Of a stretch of DNA of 64,000 bases, positions 1 to 10,196 are shown in pieces (position 1 is the stretch's first letter; the number at the start of each line of letters is the position of its first letter). Made by a program: the position numbers and the translations under genes. The DNA comes from Octopus sinensis (taxonomy: Eukaryota): NCBI RefSeq assembly GCF_006345805.1, contig NC_042998.1, positions 174,902,001 to 174,966,000 on the forward strand, in the 5' to 3' direction. Under the pieces are notes generated by a model. The model saw nothing but the letters and a program-made list of their open reading frames with translations, searched no databases and was not told where the DNA came from.

Positions 1-78
1 TCCATGGCTTTCATTCATTTATATATATCAGTGTCAACTGGTTCTCAATGCAAACAATAAACAGTTTCACAGTCATCG

Positions 79-118
<40 letters not shown>

Positions 119-191
119 CATATGAATGAAAGTCGTGTTTGTGTGTGTGTGTGTGTTTGCATATATATGTATATTTATGTATGTATACATA

Positions 192-665
192 CAGGGTGCG
201 ATGGGTAAATTGTTGCCATTTTATATTTTTAATTTCATGCATGTGCATTGTTTGTTTTTGATTTTGTTGACCACCCTATATAATAGGGTCAATTGGGCAC
301 CATCTGTGAGAAAAACAGCATTATGATGCAATTCGCTCTGCCAGAAATTTAGAAATGACATGCTGTGCTGCTTAGCATTCACACCAGAAGCTCCAATACA
401 AATATTTCAGAGTATTTGAGTGTCAATCTGAGGACAGCACAGAGGATTCGTAAAGAGTTGAATGGGTCTAATGGTGATTATGAAGGTACAGGAGCTCAGA
501 AAACTCACTCTGATCGTTCTGATAAGAAAAGAACTCCTGAATTTGTTGGTGAGATCCAGGCCATGATTGACAACAATACCTCCAAGTCAATCAGATCCAT
601 CGCCAGGGACATGGTAGTGTCTGAGTTTCCTATCAGGCAAGTAGTGCATGAAAATAATCGGTATT
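192..665 (+). mobile_element. maT (DD37D, Tc1/mariner superfamily) transposon, left part with TIR and transposase N-terminus
   Basis: TA at 190-191 followed by CAGGGTGCGATGGG. ORF 365-665 (HTH-like, ...SKSIRSIARDM...VVHENNRY) continues in frame after the LTR insertion as YSSYKLRKG. Confidence 0.85.
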
Positions 666-1250
666 TGTAGTGGATGCGTGGATGTATTAATAAATACATA
701 AGTGCTTTGTAATAAATTAAAGATTTATTATCACTACATCAATTTGTAAGCAATGTTACACATCGCTTGTACAAAATGCATATTAAATAGTGGTTGCAAA
801 TAATACATATTAAAGGAATGCATAATACAGGATACACATTAAAGCAGAATATGTTTGATGGTGTGTGTGTGTGCGTGTGTGTAAATCATGCATGACAGAG
901 TCACCTTTCTGATTATTCTTTCGTCGTCCTCATAAATGCGTGGCGTTCTCTTAAACGTTGGTTCGGGTTCTCTCTAGATACCTATTTCTCCGTTCTATTT
1001 ATAACATCTCAAATAGCCAGAAAAATAGATATACCGCAAGAGTGTTATTGCGTACAGTAGGTCGCTGGTCGTCCTGTTAAACTTCGCCTGACCTGCTCGG
1101 GTCAGAGGTCGAAGGGAGACGATCCATCATTTTTTGTCAGAACAAAGAGATTCTGATTTCGCGCCTTTTTGTGCATTGGTATTTTACGACCAATGATTCT
1201 TGGGTCTGATTTCGAATCCAAGCTTTGAAAAGGAAGTGCTAATTCTTACA
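666..1250 (-). repeat. 3' LTR
   Basis: Matches 5950-6534 except two substitutions found by eye (1099/6383 and 1229/6513). Confidence 0.97.
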
Positions 1251-1263
1251 CTACCCCCCTTCT
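1251..1263 (-). promoter_or_regulatory. Polypurine tract
   Basis: Minus strand AGAAGGGGGGTAG directly abuts the 3' LTR start TGTAAG. Confidence 0.9.
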
Positions 1264-1817
1264 AGTGAGAAAGCCACAGAGATCGAACGATATTGGAAAT
1301 GTATTATATTATTATTTTTATTATTTTTTTTTTTTGATTGTGTGCATGTAGAAAAAAAATTTTTTTTACACATTGAACGATAAAAATATGGATGAAAGGT
1401 TTACAATTTGTATGTGCTATATGGTGGGCAATATGTATATGTGCCCAGGCAGAATTATGTTGGCGCGTTGAAAGAGATGTGCGTCTATTGATTACTCGAC
1501 CTACTAGAGGTCTAATAGAGACAAGGTATCTTTCAGTGGCGAAAAAAAAAATCGAGTGATAGCACGCATGAGAACAAGATTTGTAAATGTGTGTGGATAT
1601 ACAGTTAGCAAAAAAATATTTTATGAGAAAGCAAACATTTTGAAGAGAAAACAAAAAATATGTACATGCAAAAATGAAAGAAATGTTCATCGGCAAAGTT
1701 CGATTTTGAAATGTTCCGTAAAAGTTCATACAGACAGTTTTTGTTTTCATTTTTTTTTTTCTTACGTACACAAATGTTCTTTGATTTCTCTGGGTGGGTG
1801 ATGCAGTTATGTGTTCA

Positions 1818-4800
1818 TTAGGAAGATGGATACGTTAGGAGTTCAGAACTTACCCGAAAAACTTGCACAAACCTTGCTGGCCATCGAACTGTTCTTCCTG
1901 ATTTGGTGTGTCGGGGTTGTGCAGCATCTGTGGTGTTCGCTGGAGTTGCCGAGTCTGTTTGAGGAAAAGAGGGGACTGAATGTAAGTCCTCCTCGATGAA
2001 AGCTCTTTTTAAACGATCAATCGAGACCGTATTTCGTTTACCTCCAATATCGAGGACGAAATACTTGGGTTCTCTTTTGATGACCTTGTAGGGCCCGGAA
2101 TATGGTGGTCGAAGTTGAGAGGGTATCCCATCATTCCTCACGAAGACATGAGTCCATGTGTTGATATCTTTTGGGACACGTGAAACGACGTTCTGTTGTC
2201 TGGGGCCTGAGGGTGATACTTGCGACATGGATGTTCGTAATCGGTGCACATATTGTTGTGGGTCAGGGAAGTTTTGTGAAACAGGTTCGATCATCTGCCC
2301 AGGTAAGGTGAGTGTTGTGCCATAAACGAGTTCGGCCGGAGTATATCCCAGTTCTTCCTTAATCGTGGATCGAATTCCAAGGAGGATGAGAGGGAGATGT
2401 TCCAACCAGTGAGAACTGTCTGGAGCTGCTTTTATAGATGCCTTGAGTTGGCGGTGAAAGCGTTCCACCATGCCATTTGCTGCAGGGTGGTAAGCTGTAG
2501 TGCGGGTGTGTTTACACCCGAGGAGACGAGTCAGCTCGGTGAAAAGGTGGGAATCGAACTGACGTCCTCTGTCGGTGGTAATTGTTGCGGGTGTGCCAAA
2601 ACGCGAAACCCATTGTGATATCAGCGTTTTAGCGACCGTTTCTGCTGATATATCAGATAAGGGCCAGGCTTCGGGCCATCGCGAGAACCTATCTACGCAA
2701 GTTAGCAATATGAATAGTTCTGCGAAGGTGGCAGGGGTCCAACGATATCAATGTGAACGTGCTGAAATCGTGCATCGGGCTGCGAAAATGAACCGATTGG
2801 TGATTTTATGTGCCGGTGGATTTTCGCTTTTTGGCACGCAACACAGCACTTGGTCCATTCTCTGATATCCTTGTTGATACTGGTCCACACAAAACGGGTC
2901 GATATTAGCTTTTGAGTGGAGCGAATACCAGGATGTGACAGAGAATGTAGAGCGGAGAAAACTTCTCGACGATATTTCTGTGGTACATAAGGGCGTTGGT
3001 AACCAGTGGAAATATCACACCAAATATGGGCTGTGGATGATGGTAGTGGAACATGCTGAAATTTCAGAGATGACGAATTCCGGAGCTTTAGAAGTTCTTC
3101 GTCATTCTCCTGGTCAGCTGCTATACGTGCCAGATCAATTGTAGACGTGGTGTGGATAGCATTGATCTGCGCACGTGAAAGTGCATCGGCTGCCACGTTG
3201 GTCGTCCCTTTGATGTGGCGTATATCCGTCGTGTACTGCGATATGAAGTCGAGGTGACGAATTTCTCTCGGCGAATGGCGATCCGGTTTGGTGTTAAATG
3301 CGTATACTAATGGCTTGTGGTCGGTATATATGGCAAAATTGGTACCTTCTAGCATATGACGGAAATGCTTAACGGCCAGGTATGCCGCCAATAATTCCCG
3401 ACTGAATGTGCTGTATTTGGTTTCCGCGGGTTTTAACCGCTTAGAAAAGAAAGACAACGGTTGCCATATACCGTCAACAAGCTGTTGTAGCACACCTCCG
3501 ATTCCGGAATCGGATGCATCAACGAGTAAACATCGTGGGGCGTCTGGTTTTGGATAAACCAACATGGTAGCGCTAGATAACGCTTTTTTCAGGGCAGCGA
3601 AAGAAACGAGTTGATCTTCGGTCAGAGCTATATCTGCGTTTTTGCAGGTTCGCTGACGTAGCAAATCCGTGAGCGGTTGCGCTATTTCAGCGAGGTGGGG
3701 CACGAACCGTCGATAGAAATTCGCTAGACCGAGATATTCCCTTAATTTGCGGAGAGATGTGGGTGGTGGAAAATCCACGATGGCCTTGACTTTCTCGGGA
3801 AGGGACGAATTCCATTTTTATCGACTATATGGCCGAGAAAATGAAGGGAAGCAACTCCGAACAAACATTTGGTAGGGTTGATAACAATTCCAAATTGACG
3901 TAGTCGTCCGAATAGCAGGTGAAGGTGTTGATTATGCTCTTCGTCCGAGTTACTGGCCACGAGTATGTCGTCTGTAGTAGGCATAGACGAAGCAAACCTC
4001 TAGTCACCATGTCGATAAACCTTTGGAATGTCTGTGCCGCGTTTCGTAAACCGAAAGGCATACGCAGGAATTCAAACATTCCGAAAGGTGTAGTCACTGC
4101 TGTCTTTGAGATGTCTGCAGGTTCGACTGGGATTTGGTTGTATGCTCGCACCAGGTCGATTTTTGAAAAGATGCGAGCTCCATGCAGCGAGCTCGAAAAG
4201 TCCTAAAGAAAAGGCACCGGATAGGCATCACTGATAGTGCTTTTATTCAGTGATCGATAATCGCCGCAAACCCGCCAATCGGTCGATGATTTTTTTGGGA
4301 CGCAGTGTATCGGCGAGGACCAGTTGCTGCTGGAAACGCGGATGATTCCGAGGTCGAGCATGTGCTGGAATTCCCGCTTGACGGCCTGGAGACGATCAGG
4401 TGGTAACCTTCTGGGCCTTGCAGCAACAGGTGGACCGCTGGTTTTGATGTGGTGGGTAACGTCGTGCTTTATCGGCTGGTTATGAAAAACTGGCCGGGCG
4501 ACATCTGGATAATCATTCAGGATGGAACTGTGACGAGTCGTTGTCGTAAGCATTACAGTTGGGCTGACTGTGTCCATTCGAGCGGCTATACCGCGCACAG
4601 TAAGCTTGGTGGTGGTGTCGACAAGTCGTCTGTTCTTTATGTCTACCAGGAGACCGAAATGATGCAGGAAATCGGCTCCTAAGATAGGGGTCGGCAGTTT
4701 AGCGACGACGAATACCCACTGAAATGTGCGGCGTAGTCCTATGTTTAATGTTAGGGACTGTTCACCGTAGGTTGGAATGGGTGAATGGTTGACTGCCTGA

Positions 4801-4982
4801 AGACAGACTGATGTCTCTTTTCTTTTTCCAGAAGTGTTGGAGACTGGGATGATGCTGACTTCCGCACCTGTGTCAACCAGGAAACGCGTGCCTGTTACAC
4901 GATCGCAAACGAAAAACAGGCGACTGTGTGGGTGCGAACCAGGAACTTCCGTCGCGTTCAATTCCTGGCTGTGCCGTTTCCC
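1818..4982 (-). pseudogene. pol: pol (protease, RT, RNase H, integrase), interrupted as assembled
   Basis: FLVDTGAEVS (protease); WRVCGDYRSLN, YNQIPV and [14 protein letters not shown] (RT); VDASDSGIGGVL and TDHKPL (RNase H); HSLSHPG...[28 protein letters not shown] and PPYSGPY (integrase). One in-frame TAG at 4203-4205 and frameshifts near 3985, 3790 and 2705. Confidence 0.95.
4934..4982 (-). promoter_or_regulatory. -1 programmed ribosomal frameshift signal (gag-pol)
   Basis: G_GGA_AAC heptamer in the gag frame (4976-4982), 7-nt spacer, 8-bp stem CCAGGAAT/GTTCCTGG, possible second stem GCGA/TCGC. pol lies in the -1 frame. Confidence 0.8.
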
Positions 4983-5831
4983 GAACTGGGTGAGGAAAAC
5001 GAGCACGGTACCGTACATTTTTGTGCCCGTGTTCCGAATGTTCGGTGGTACCAACACGTGTCATGTGAGTTTCGGGTAGCACTGGGGCTTCGAGACCGTC
5101 TGCCATCTCGTCGAGATCGGCTGGTGCTTCGACGCTGGGGACTAAACTTTAGGGCTTGTATTTGGGCTGTGAGAATTTGTATTTGCGCAGCTTGCTGCGT
5201 CATTAATGCACGCAAATCCGAAATCTCTGAAGAACTGGTTTGTGCACGGAAAGGATTGGTACTGGGAGCGGCTGGCGTCACCGTCGATACCGTTGGATAT
5301 CTGTGCGGTACTTCGGCTATTTTGTCAGCTAGCTCCGCCAGTTCTTCAAGGGATGTGTTTTCTCTGGTGGACGCGAGAACAACCTGGGTATTGGAGGGCA
5401 GACGCTGGAGAAAAAGTTGCTTGAAGATTTTTTCTGGGAGCGTCTCATCTCCGAGAAGCTGTTTCATTCTCCGAAGAAGCTGGGACGGCGTTTTGTCACC
5501 CAATTCTTCCGATATCAGAAGCTGGTGAAGTCTTTTTGTTGGGATTCTGAGGTTCTGTTTATTAACGTGGTTTTAAAAACTTCATATGAAACAGAACCGG
5601 GTGGGCCATGATAAGGTCGCGTATCACGTTCGTTATTTCTGGTGACAGAGAACTGATAACGTGAGAAAGTCGAGCCGCATCGCTCGATATTCTGTGAGAG
5701 GCAAACTGTGCCTCTATATGGTGAAACCACAATGTCGGGTCGTGGGTCCAGAATGGTGGAATTTTTAACGAGATCGCCGCTTGGAATGCCATGTCGATGT
5801 TGGCCGCTGGGTTTTGTTCCGGGAGATTCAT
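4958..5831 (-). pseudogene. gag: gag with CHCC zinc knuckle, two frameshifts as assembled
   Basis: LKIPPFWTHDPTLWF...EAQF, EELGDKTPSQLLRRM, and CWYHRTFGTRAQKCTVPC (C-x2-H-x9-C-x3-C). Stop TGA at 4958-4960. Confidence 0.92.
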
Positions 5832-5937
5832 TGTTTTCGTCGGAATTTTCAGTTGCTTCGTTGCTGGTGATGTGCAAACTGTAATTCTTCGACGCGGTTG
5901 ATGAAGCTGGTTCCAGGGAAGGCGCGATTCGTTTTGA

Positions 5938-5947
5938 GGGGTCACCA
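5938..5947 (-). promoter_or_regulatory. Primer-binding site complementary to the tRNA-Trp 3' end
   Basis: TGGTGACCCC lies 2 nt downstream of the 5' LTR and matches the 3' end (GGGGUCACCA) of tRNA-Trp. Confidence 0.85.
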
Positions 5948-5949
5948 AA

Positions 5950-6534
5950 TGTAGTGGATGCGTGGATGTATTAATAAATACATAAGTGCTTTGTAATAAA
6001 TTAAAGATTTATTATCACTACATCAATTTGTAAGCAATGTTACACATCGCTTGTACAAAATGCATATTAAATAGTGGTTGCAAATAATACATATTAAAGG
6101 AATGCATAATACAGGATACACATTAAAGCAGAATATGTTTGATGGTGTGTGTGTGTGCGTGTGTGTAAATCATGCATGACAGAGTCACCTTTCTGATTAT
6201 TCTTTCGTCGTCCTCATAAATGCGTGGCGTTCTCTTAAACGTTGGTTCGGGTTCTCTCTAGATACCTATTTCTCCGTTCTATTTATAACATCTCAAATAG
6301 CCAGAAAAATAGATATACCGCAAGAGTGTTATTGCGTACAGTAGGTCGCTGGTCGTCCTGTTAAACTTCGCCTGACCTGCTCAGGTCAGAGGTCGAAGGG
6401 AGACGATCCATCATTTTTTGTCAGAACAAAGAGATTCTGATTTCGCGCCTTTTTGTGCATTGGTATTTTACGACCAATGATTCTTGGGTCTGATTTCGAA
6501 TCCAAGCTTTGAGAAGGAAGTGCTAATTCTTACA
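5950..6534 (-). repeat. 5' LTR
   Basis: Direct repeat of 666-1250, followed on the minus strand by the PBS. Confidence 0.97.
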
Positions 6535-6539
6535 GTATT

Positions 6540-7228
6540 CTTCATACAAGCTGAGAAAGGGCCAACTTTTATCCCAAGCCGTCAAGGACAAGAGGAAAAA
6601 CTGTCCTATGAATTTTTTGAACAAACTCAAGCATCTCCTCCAACCGAACATGCTTTGGTTTTTCTCAGACAAGAAAATCTTCAGCCAGGATCAGATGGTG
6701 AACACACAGAACAACTGCTGGCTTGCTGTGTCCCCGAAACATGTACCAAGTGTTTAAAAATCAAACATCCAGTTAACATCATGGTGTTGGAGGGATCACT
6801 AGTGATGACAATGTTATGCCTCCATTCATCTTCCTACACAGCCTCACACTCAACACAGAGGCCTACATCAAGTGCCTGAAGGAGGTAGTGCTGCCCTGGG
6901 TCAAGAGGGTGGCTGCTGGAAGACCCTTGTCTGGCAACAGGACTCTGCACTATGCCACATAAGCAGGAGAACCCAGTCATGACTGTCAGACAATTTCTGC
7001 AACCACATCACCCCTAACATCTGGCCACCTAACTCTCCAGACTGCATCCCTCTTGATTATTATGTGTGGGGTACAGTTGAGTGAGAGACCAACAAAACTC
7101 CTTGTAACATCAAAGATGAACTGAAGGCAAGGATTATGGCAGCATTCACCAACTTAAACAAGGAGACAGTCCAGAAGAGTTGCAGGAGATTCCGAAGGCG
7201 TCTGGAGGCTGTGGTTGAAGCTAATCCT
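6540..7228 (+). pseudogene. maT DD37D transposase catalytic domain, decayed; right TIR not visible
   Basis: WFFSD (6668), WQQDSA (6941) and WPPNSPDCIPLDYYVWG (last D at 7055). The second and third D are 38 codons apart, giving DD37D. Stops and frameshifts are present. Confidence 0.88.
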
Positions 7229-7700
7229 TCATTGGACACTAAACTCTGCTTGCGAAGACCTGTTGAGGCAAGTGAAATCGAAATCGAAATCAACTTCGAT
7301 GACTGGCATCCGTGCTAGTGGAGCGCTAAGAGTACCATCCGAGCATGATAGTTGCCAGAGCAACAAACTGGCTTCCATACCGGTGGCATGTAAAAAGCAA
7401 CATTTGAGCGTGATCATTACCTGCATCGCCTTACTAGCACTTGTGCTGGTGGCACGTGAAAAAACATTTGAGCAAAGTTGTTGCCAGCACCACTGGACTA
7501 GCTCCTGTGCCGGTGGCACATAAAAGCATCCCCTACACTCTCAGATTGATAGGCGTTAGGAAGAGCATTCAACTGTAGAAACTCTGCCAGATCAAGATTG
7601 GAGCCTGGTGCAGTCATCTGGTTCGCCAGACCTCAGTCTAATCGTCCAACCCATACTAGCATGGAAAGCGGACGTTAAATGATGATCATCATGATGATGA
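7229..7700 (+). mobile_element. RTE LINE 3' UTR fragment ending in (GAT)n
   Basis: Homologous to the 3' UTR of the 54.3-57.6 kb RTE (GAAGACCTGTTGAGGCAAGTGAAATC...CATGGAAAGCGGACGTTAAATGATGAT). Confidence 0.85.
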
Positions 7701-7862
<162 letters not shown>

Positions 7863-7885
7863 TGTATCTTTTTTTCATCTTTCAT

Positions 7886-8375
7886 CTTTTACTTGTTTCA
7901 ATCATTAGACTGTGGCCATGCTGGGGCACCACCTTGAAGAATTGTTAGTTGAATGACTTGACCCCAGTGTTATTTTTTTAAAAATTTGGCACCTTTTCTA
8001 TTGGTCTGTTTTGCCAAGCAGCTAAGTTGTCAAGCAGTGGTTGGGGACAAACACACACACACACGTGTATATATATATATATACGTGCAGGTGGCACGTA
8101 AAAAACACCCACTACACTCACGGAGTGGTTGGCGTTAGGAAGGGCATCCAGCCGTAGAAACACTGCCAGATCTGACTGGGCCTGACGAAGCCTTCCAGCT
8201 TCACAGACCCCAGTTGACCCGTCCAACCCATGCTAGCATGGAAAGCGGACGCTAAATGATGATGATGATGATGATGATATATACAACTGGCTTCTTTCAA
8301 TTTCTGTCAAGCAAATGCACTCACAAAGCTTTGGTCAGGCCAAGACTATAGTAGAAAACACTTGCCCAAGGTACC
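7886..8375 (-). mobile_element. tRNA-derived SINE with internal microsatellite, interrupted by an RTE tail
   Basis: Same family as 17430-17815, 28140-28570 and 58040-58325; tail GTGCCCCAGCATGGCCACAG...GAAACAAGTAAAAGA. Confidence 0.8.
8085..8278 (+). mobile_element. RTE 3' tail copy
   Basis: GGTTGGCGTTAGGAAGGGCATCCAGCCGTAGAAAC core and (GAT)n tail, flanked by (TA)n. Confidence 0.9.
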
Positions 8376-8384
8376 ATTTTTTTT

Positions 8385-10050
8385 GTTTGTTTCTACTGAT
8401 ATCAGCCAAAGGCTGCAGCCATGCTGGGTTACTGTGATTGGATTTTATTTCACACTTCCTGACTTTGTTTTTGGAATTGTCTCAAGTGGAGTAGCAAGTT
8501 CGACAGAGCTGCATTTTTTGTGTTTCCTGCTGTAATGCAGGTTCATCAGGTACCTCAGATAAAAATTTGTCTGAATGTTATTTGAAAACATCCACATCTA
8601 CAACATGCAGATCTCAAAGGTTGTTTAGTGGACTGTTGAAAAGTTGTGGGCCTTCAAAACTTAAGCTGTTACAGTTCTGTGTTCTTACATTTGATGGAGA
8701 GGATGGGATCTTTTGTAAAATGCAGTGGCACCCAGTTCAGTAGTTGGTATGGTTTTCAATCCCAAAATTGGGAGCTGGCCGTCAATGATCTTCCACACAT
8801 TTATATACATATATATATATATAACTCGATATGAACATTTTAGGTGGTTTTTAGTGTCAGGGATTTGACTGCTATTTCGGCATGGTGGTGTCTCTCAGAT
8901 ACCCTTATTTATAGTTGTAAAAAATTATTACCTTTGTATGGTATTTATTCCCATGCTGGCCACTTGATAATATTGATATTTAAATATCGATATTATCCTT
9001 ATTTATATATATATATATATACATATCACTGCATATCTTTCACATTTTCTCTTTAGGGAGTAGAACTTCAGTTATTTTAGCCTCTCCCAGCAGTCAATCT
9101 TCTCTGTATTGTAGCATTGGATGGCTTCAAGTTCCACACCTAATTTGGTATTTTGTTGTGACCACAGTGAGAAGCAGTAATACAGACAGCTGAGAACAAA
9201 TGTTCTCCATAGGAGTAGAATAGTCTCCTTCTTCCTGGTTCTGAATGGTCTCAGAACTCAACCAGCCACTTGCCTGCAGTGTTCTATCTTAGTACTATGC
9301 ACATGGAATGATGTATCATTGCTCACATGGATTCCCAGGTCAGGCACCAATTCTGACTCTGGGATTGCACTAGACAGGATAGGTGGAGCTCTTTGGTCCT
9401 GTAAGGCAACTCACCAGTAAAACCAATGCAAAACCTACAGCTTGCTGGTCACCACAGCCATCTTAACCTGCTAAGCTGCTGTGGTCAGATCTCCAAGAGT
9501 GGGGTCAGATTGCATGAGAGTTGAAAAAGGTTTTGAGAGTTTCAGAAGTTCCTGTGTGTCTTTCTGATACAGGGCTCCATCAATTTATCAATACAGCTCA
9601 TGAAACTAACTGGATGAAGTAATTGACAGGGGGTATGTGGTGGTTACCTTTTTTGAACAGAAGAATAATACTGGCTATTTTCCAATGTTCTGAGGTAATG
9701 TAATTATTAAGATAGAATTGGAAGAGGAGTGAAAGTTGGTGCCATAGAAAGAGGCCACCGTGTCTGAAAAGCAGATAAGTTACACCATCAAAGTCAGACA
9801 AAGCATAGTTTTGTATATCCTTGAGGTGACATTACAGCACTCCAGGAGTAAATTCAAGAGATGTTATAGAATTTGGTGTCCTTTGCAACATTGAAAATGC
9901 CAGCATAGCATTTGGCAATAAGTTTAATGCACTCTGTGTAGTTGTCAGTAAACTGACTTGTTTCACAGCTATGGAGAGGCATGATTAGAGAATGGAGACT
10001 CAGTTTTGATCATAAACTATTTCCAGAACACATTACTATCTGGGTTGGTT
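8385..10050 (-). mobile_element. Decayed CR1/L2-group LINE fragments
   Basis: Minus-strand remnants WKIASIILLFKKG...NY, DLGIHVSND and FEGPQLFN...FLSEVPDEP, homologous to 53278-53645. Confidence 0.7.
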
Positions 10051-10100
10051 GTTAAGCATGGTTCAAATTTACTGTCTTTATCGTTATTTTTTTGGTATAG

Positions 10101-10196
10101 TTAAATGCTCTGTTGCACCTATTATCTTCTGCTCTATGCAATCTGCATTCACAGTCAACTCTCTTTCAATATGATGAACTTTGGCCTTGTGCTGAA
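10101..10196 (+). CDS. Candidate internal exon of an unidentified host gene
   Basis: TTTTTTTGGTATAG acceptor, 96-nt open frame LNALLHLLSSALCNLHSQSTLFQYDELWPCAE, GTTAGA donor. No family recognised. Confidence 0.3.

Larger units (their letters stand above)
666..6534 (-). mobile_element. Full-length Ty3/gypsy LTR retrotransposon, CsRn1-like lineage
   Basis: Two 585-bp direct repeats with TG...CA ends, TSD GTATT (661-665 and 6535-6539), PBS, PPT, and gag-PR-RT-RH-INT domain order on the minus strand. Confidence 0.97.

Noticed and set aside
1304-1801. ORFs between integrase and the 3' LTR as a possible env gene
   Set aside because: Low-complexity A/T runs with no signal peptide, furin site or TM pattern; more likely a non-coding 3' region.
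2397-5611. Plus-strand ORFs inside the LTR element
   Set aside because: Antisense shadows of gag/pol with no independent motifs.
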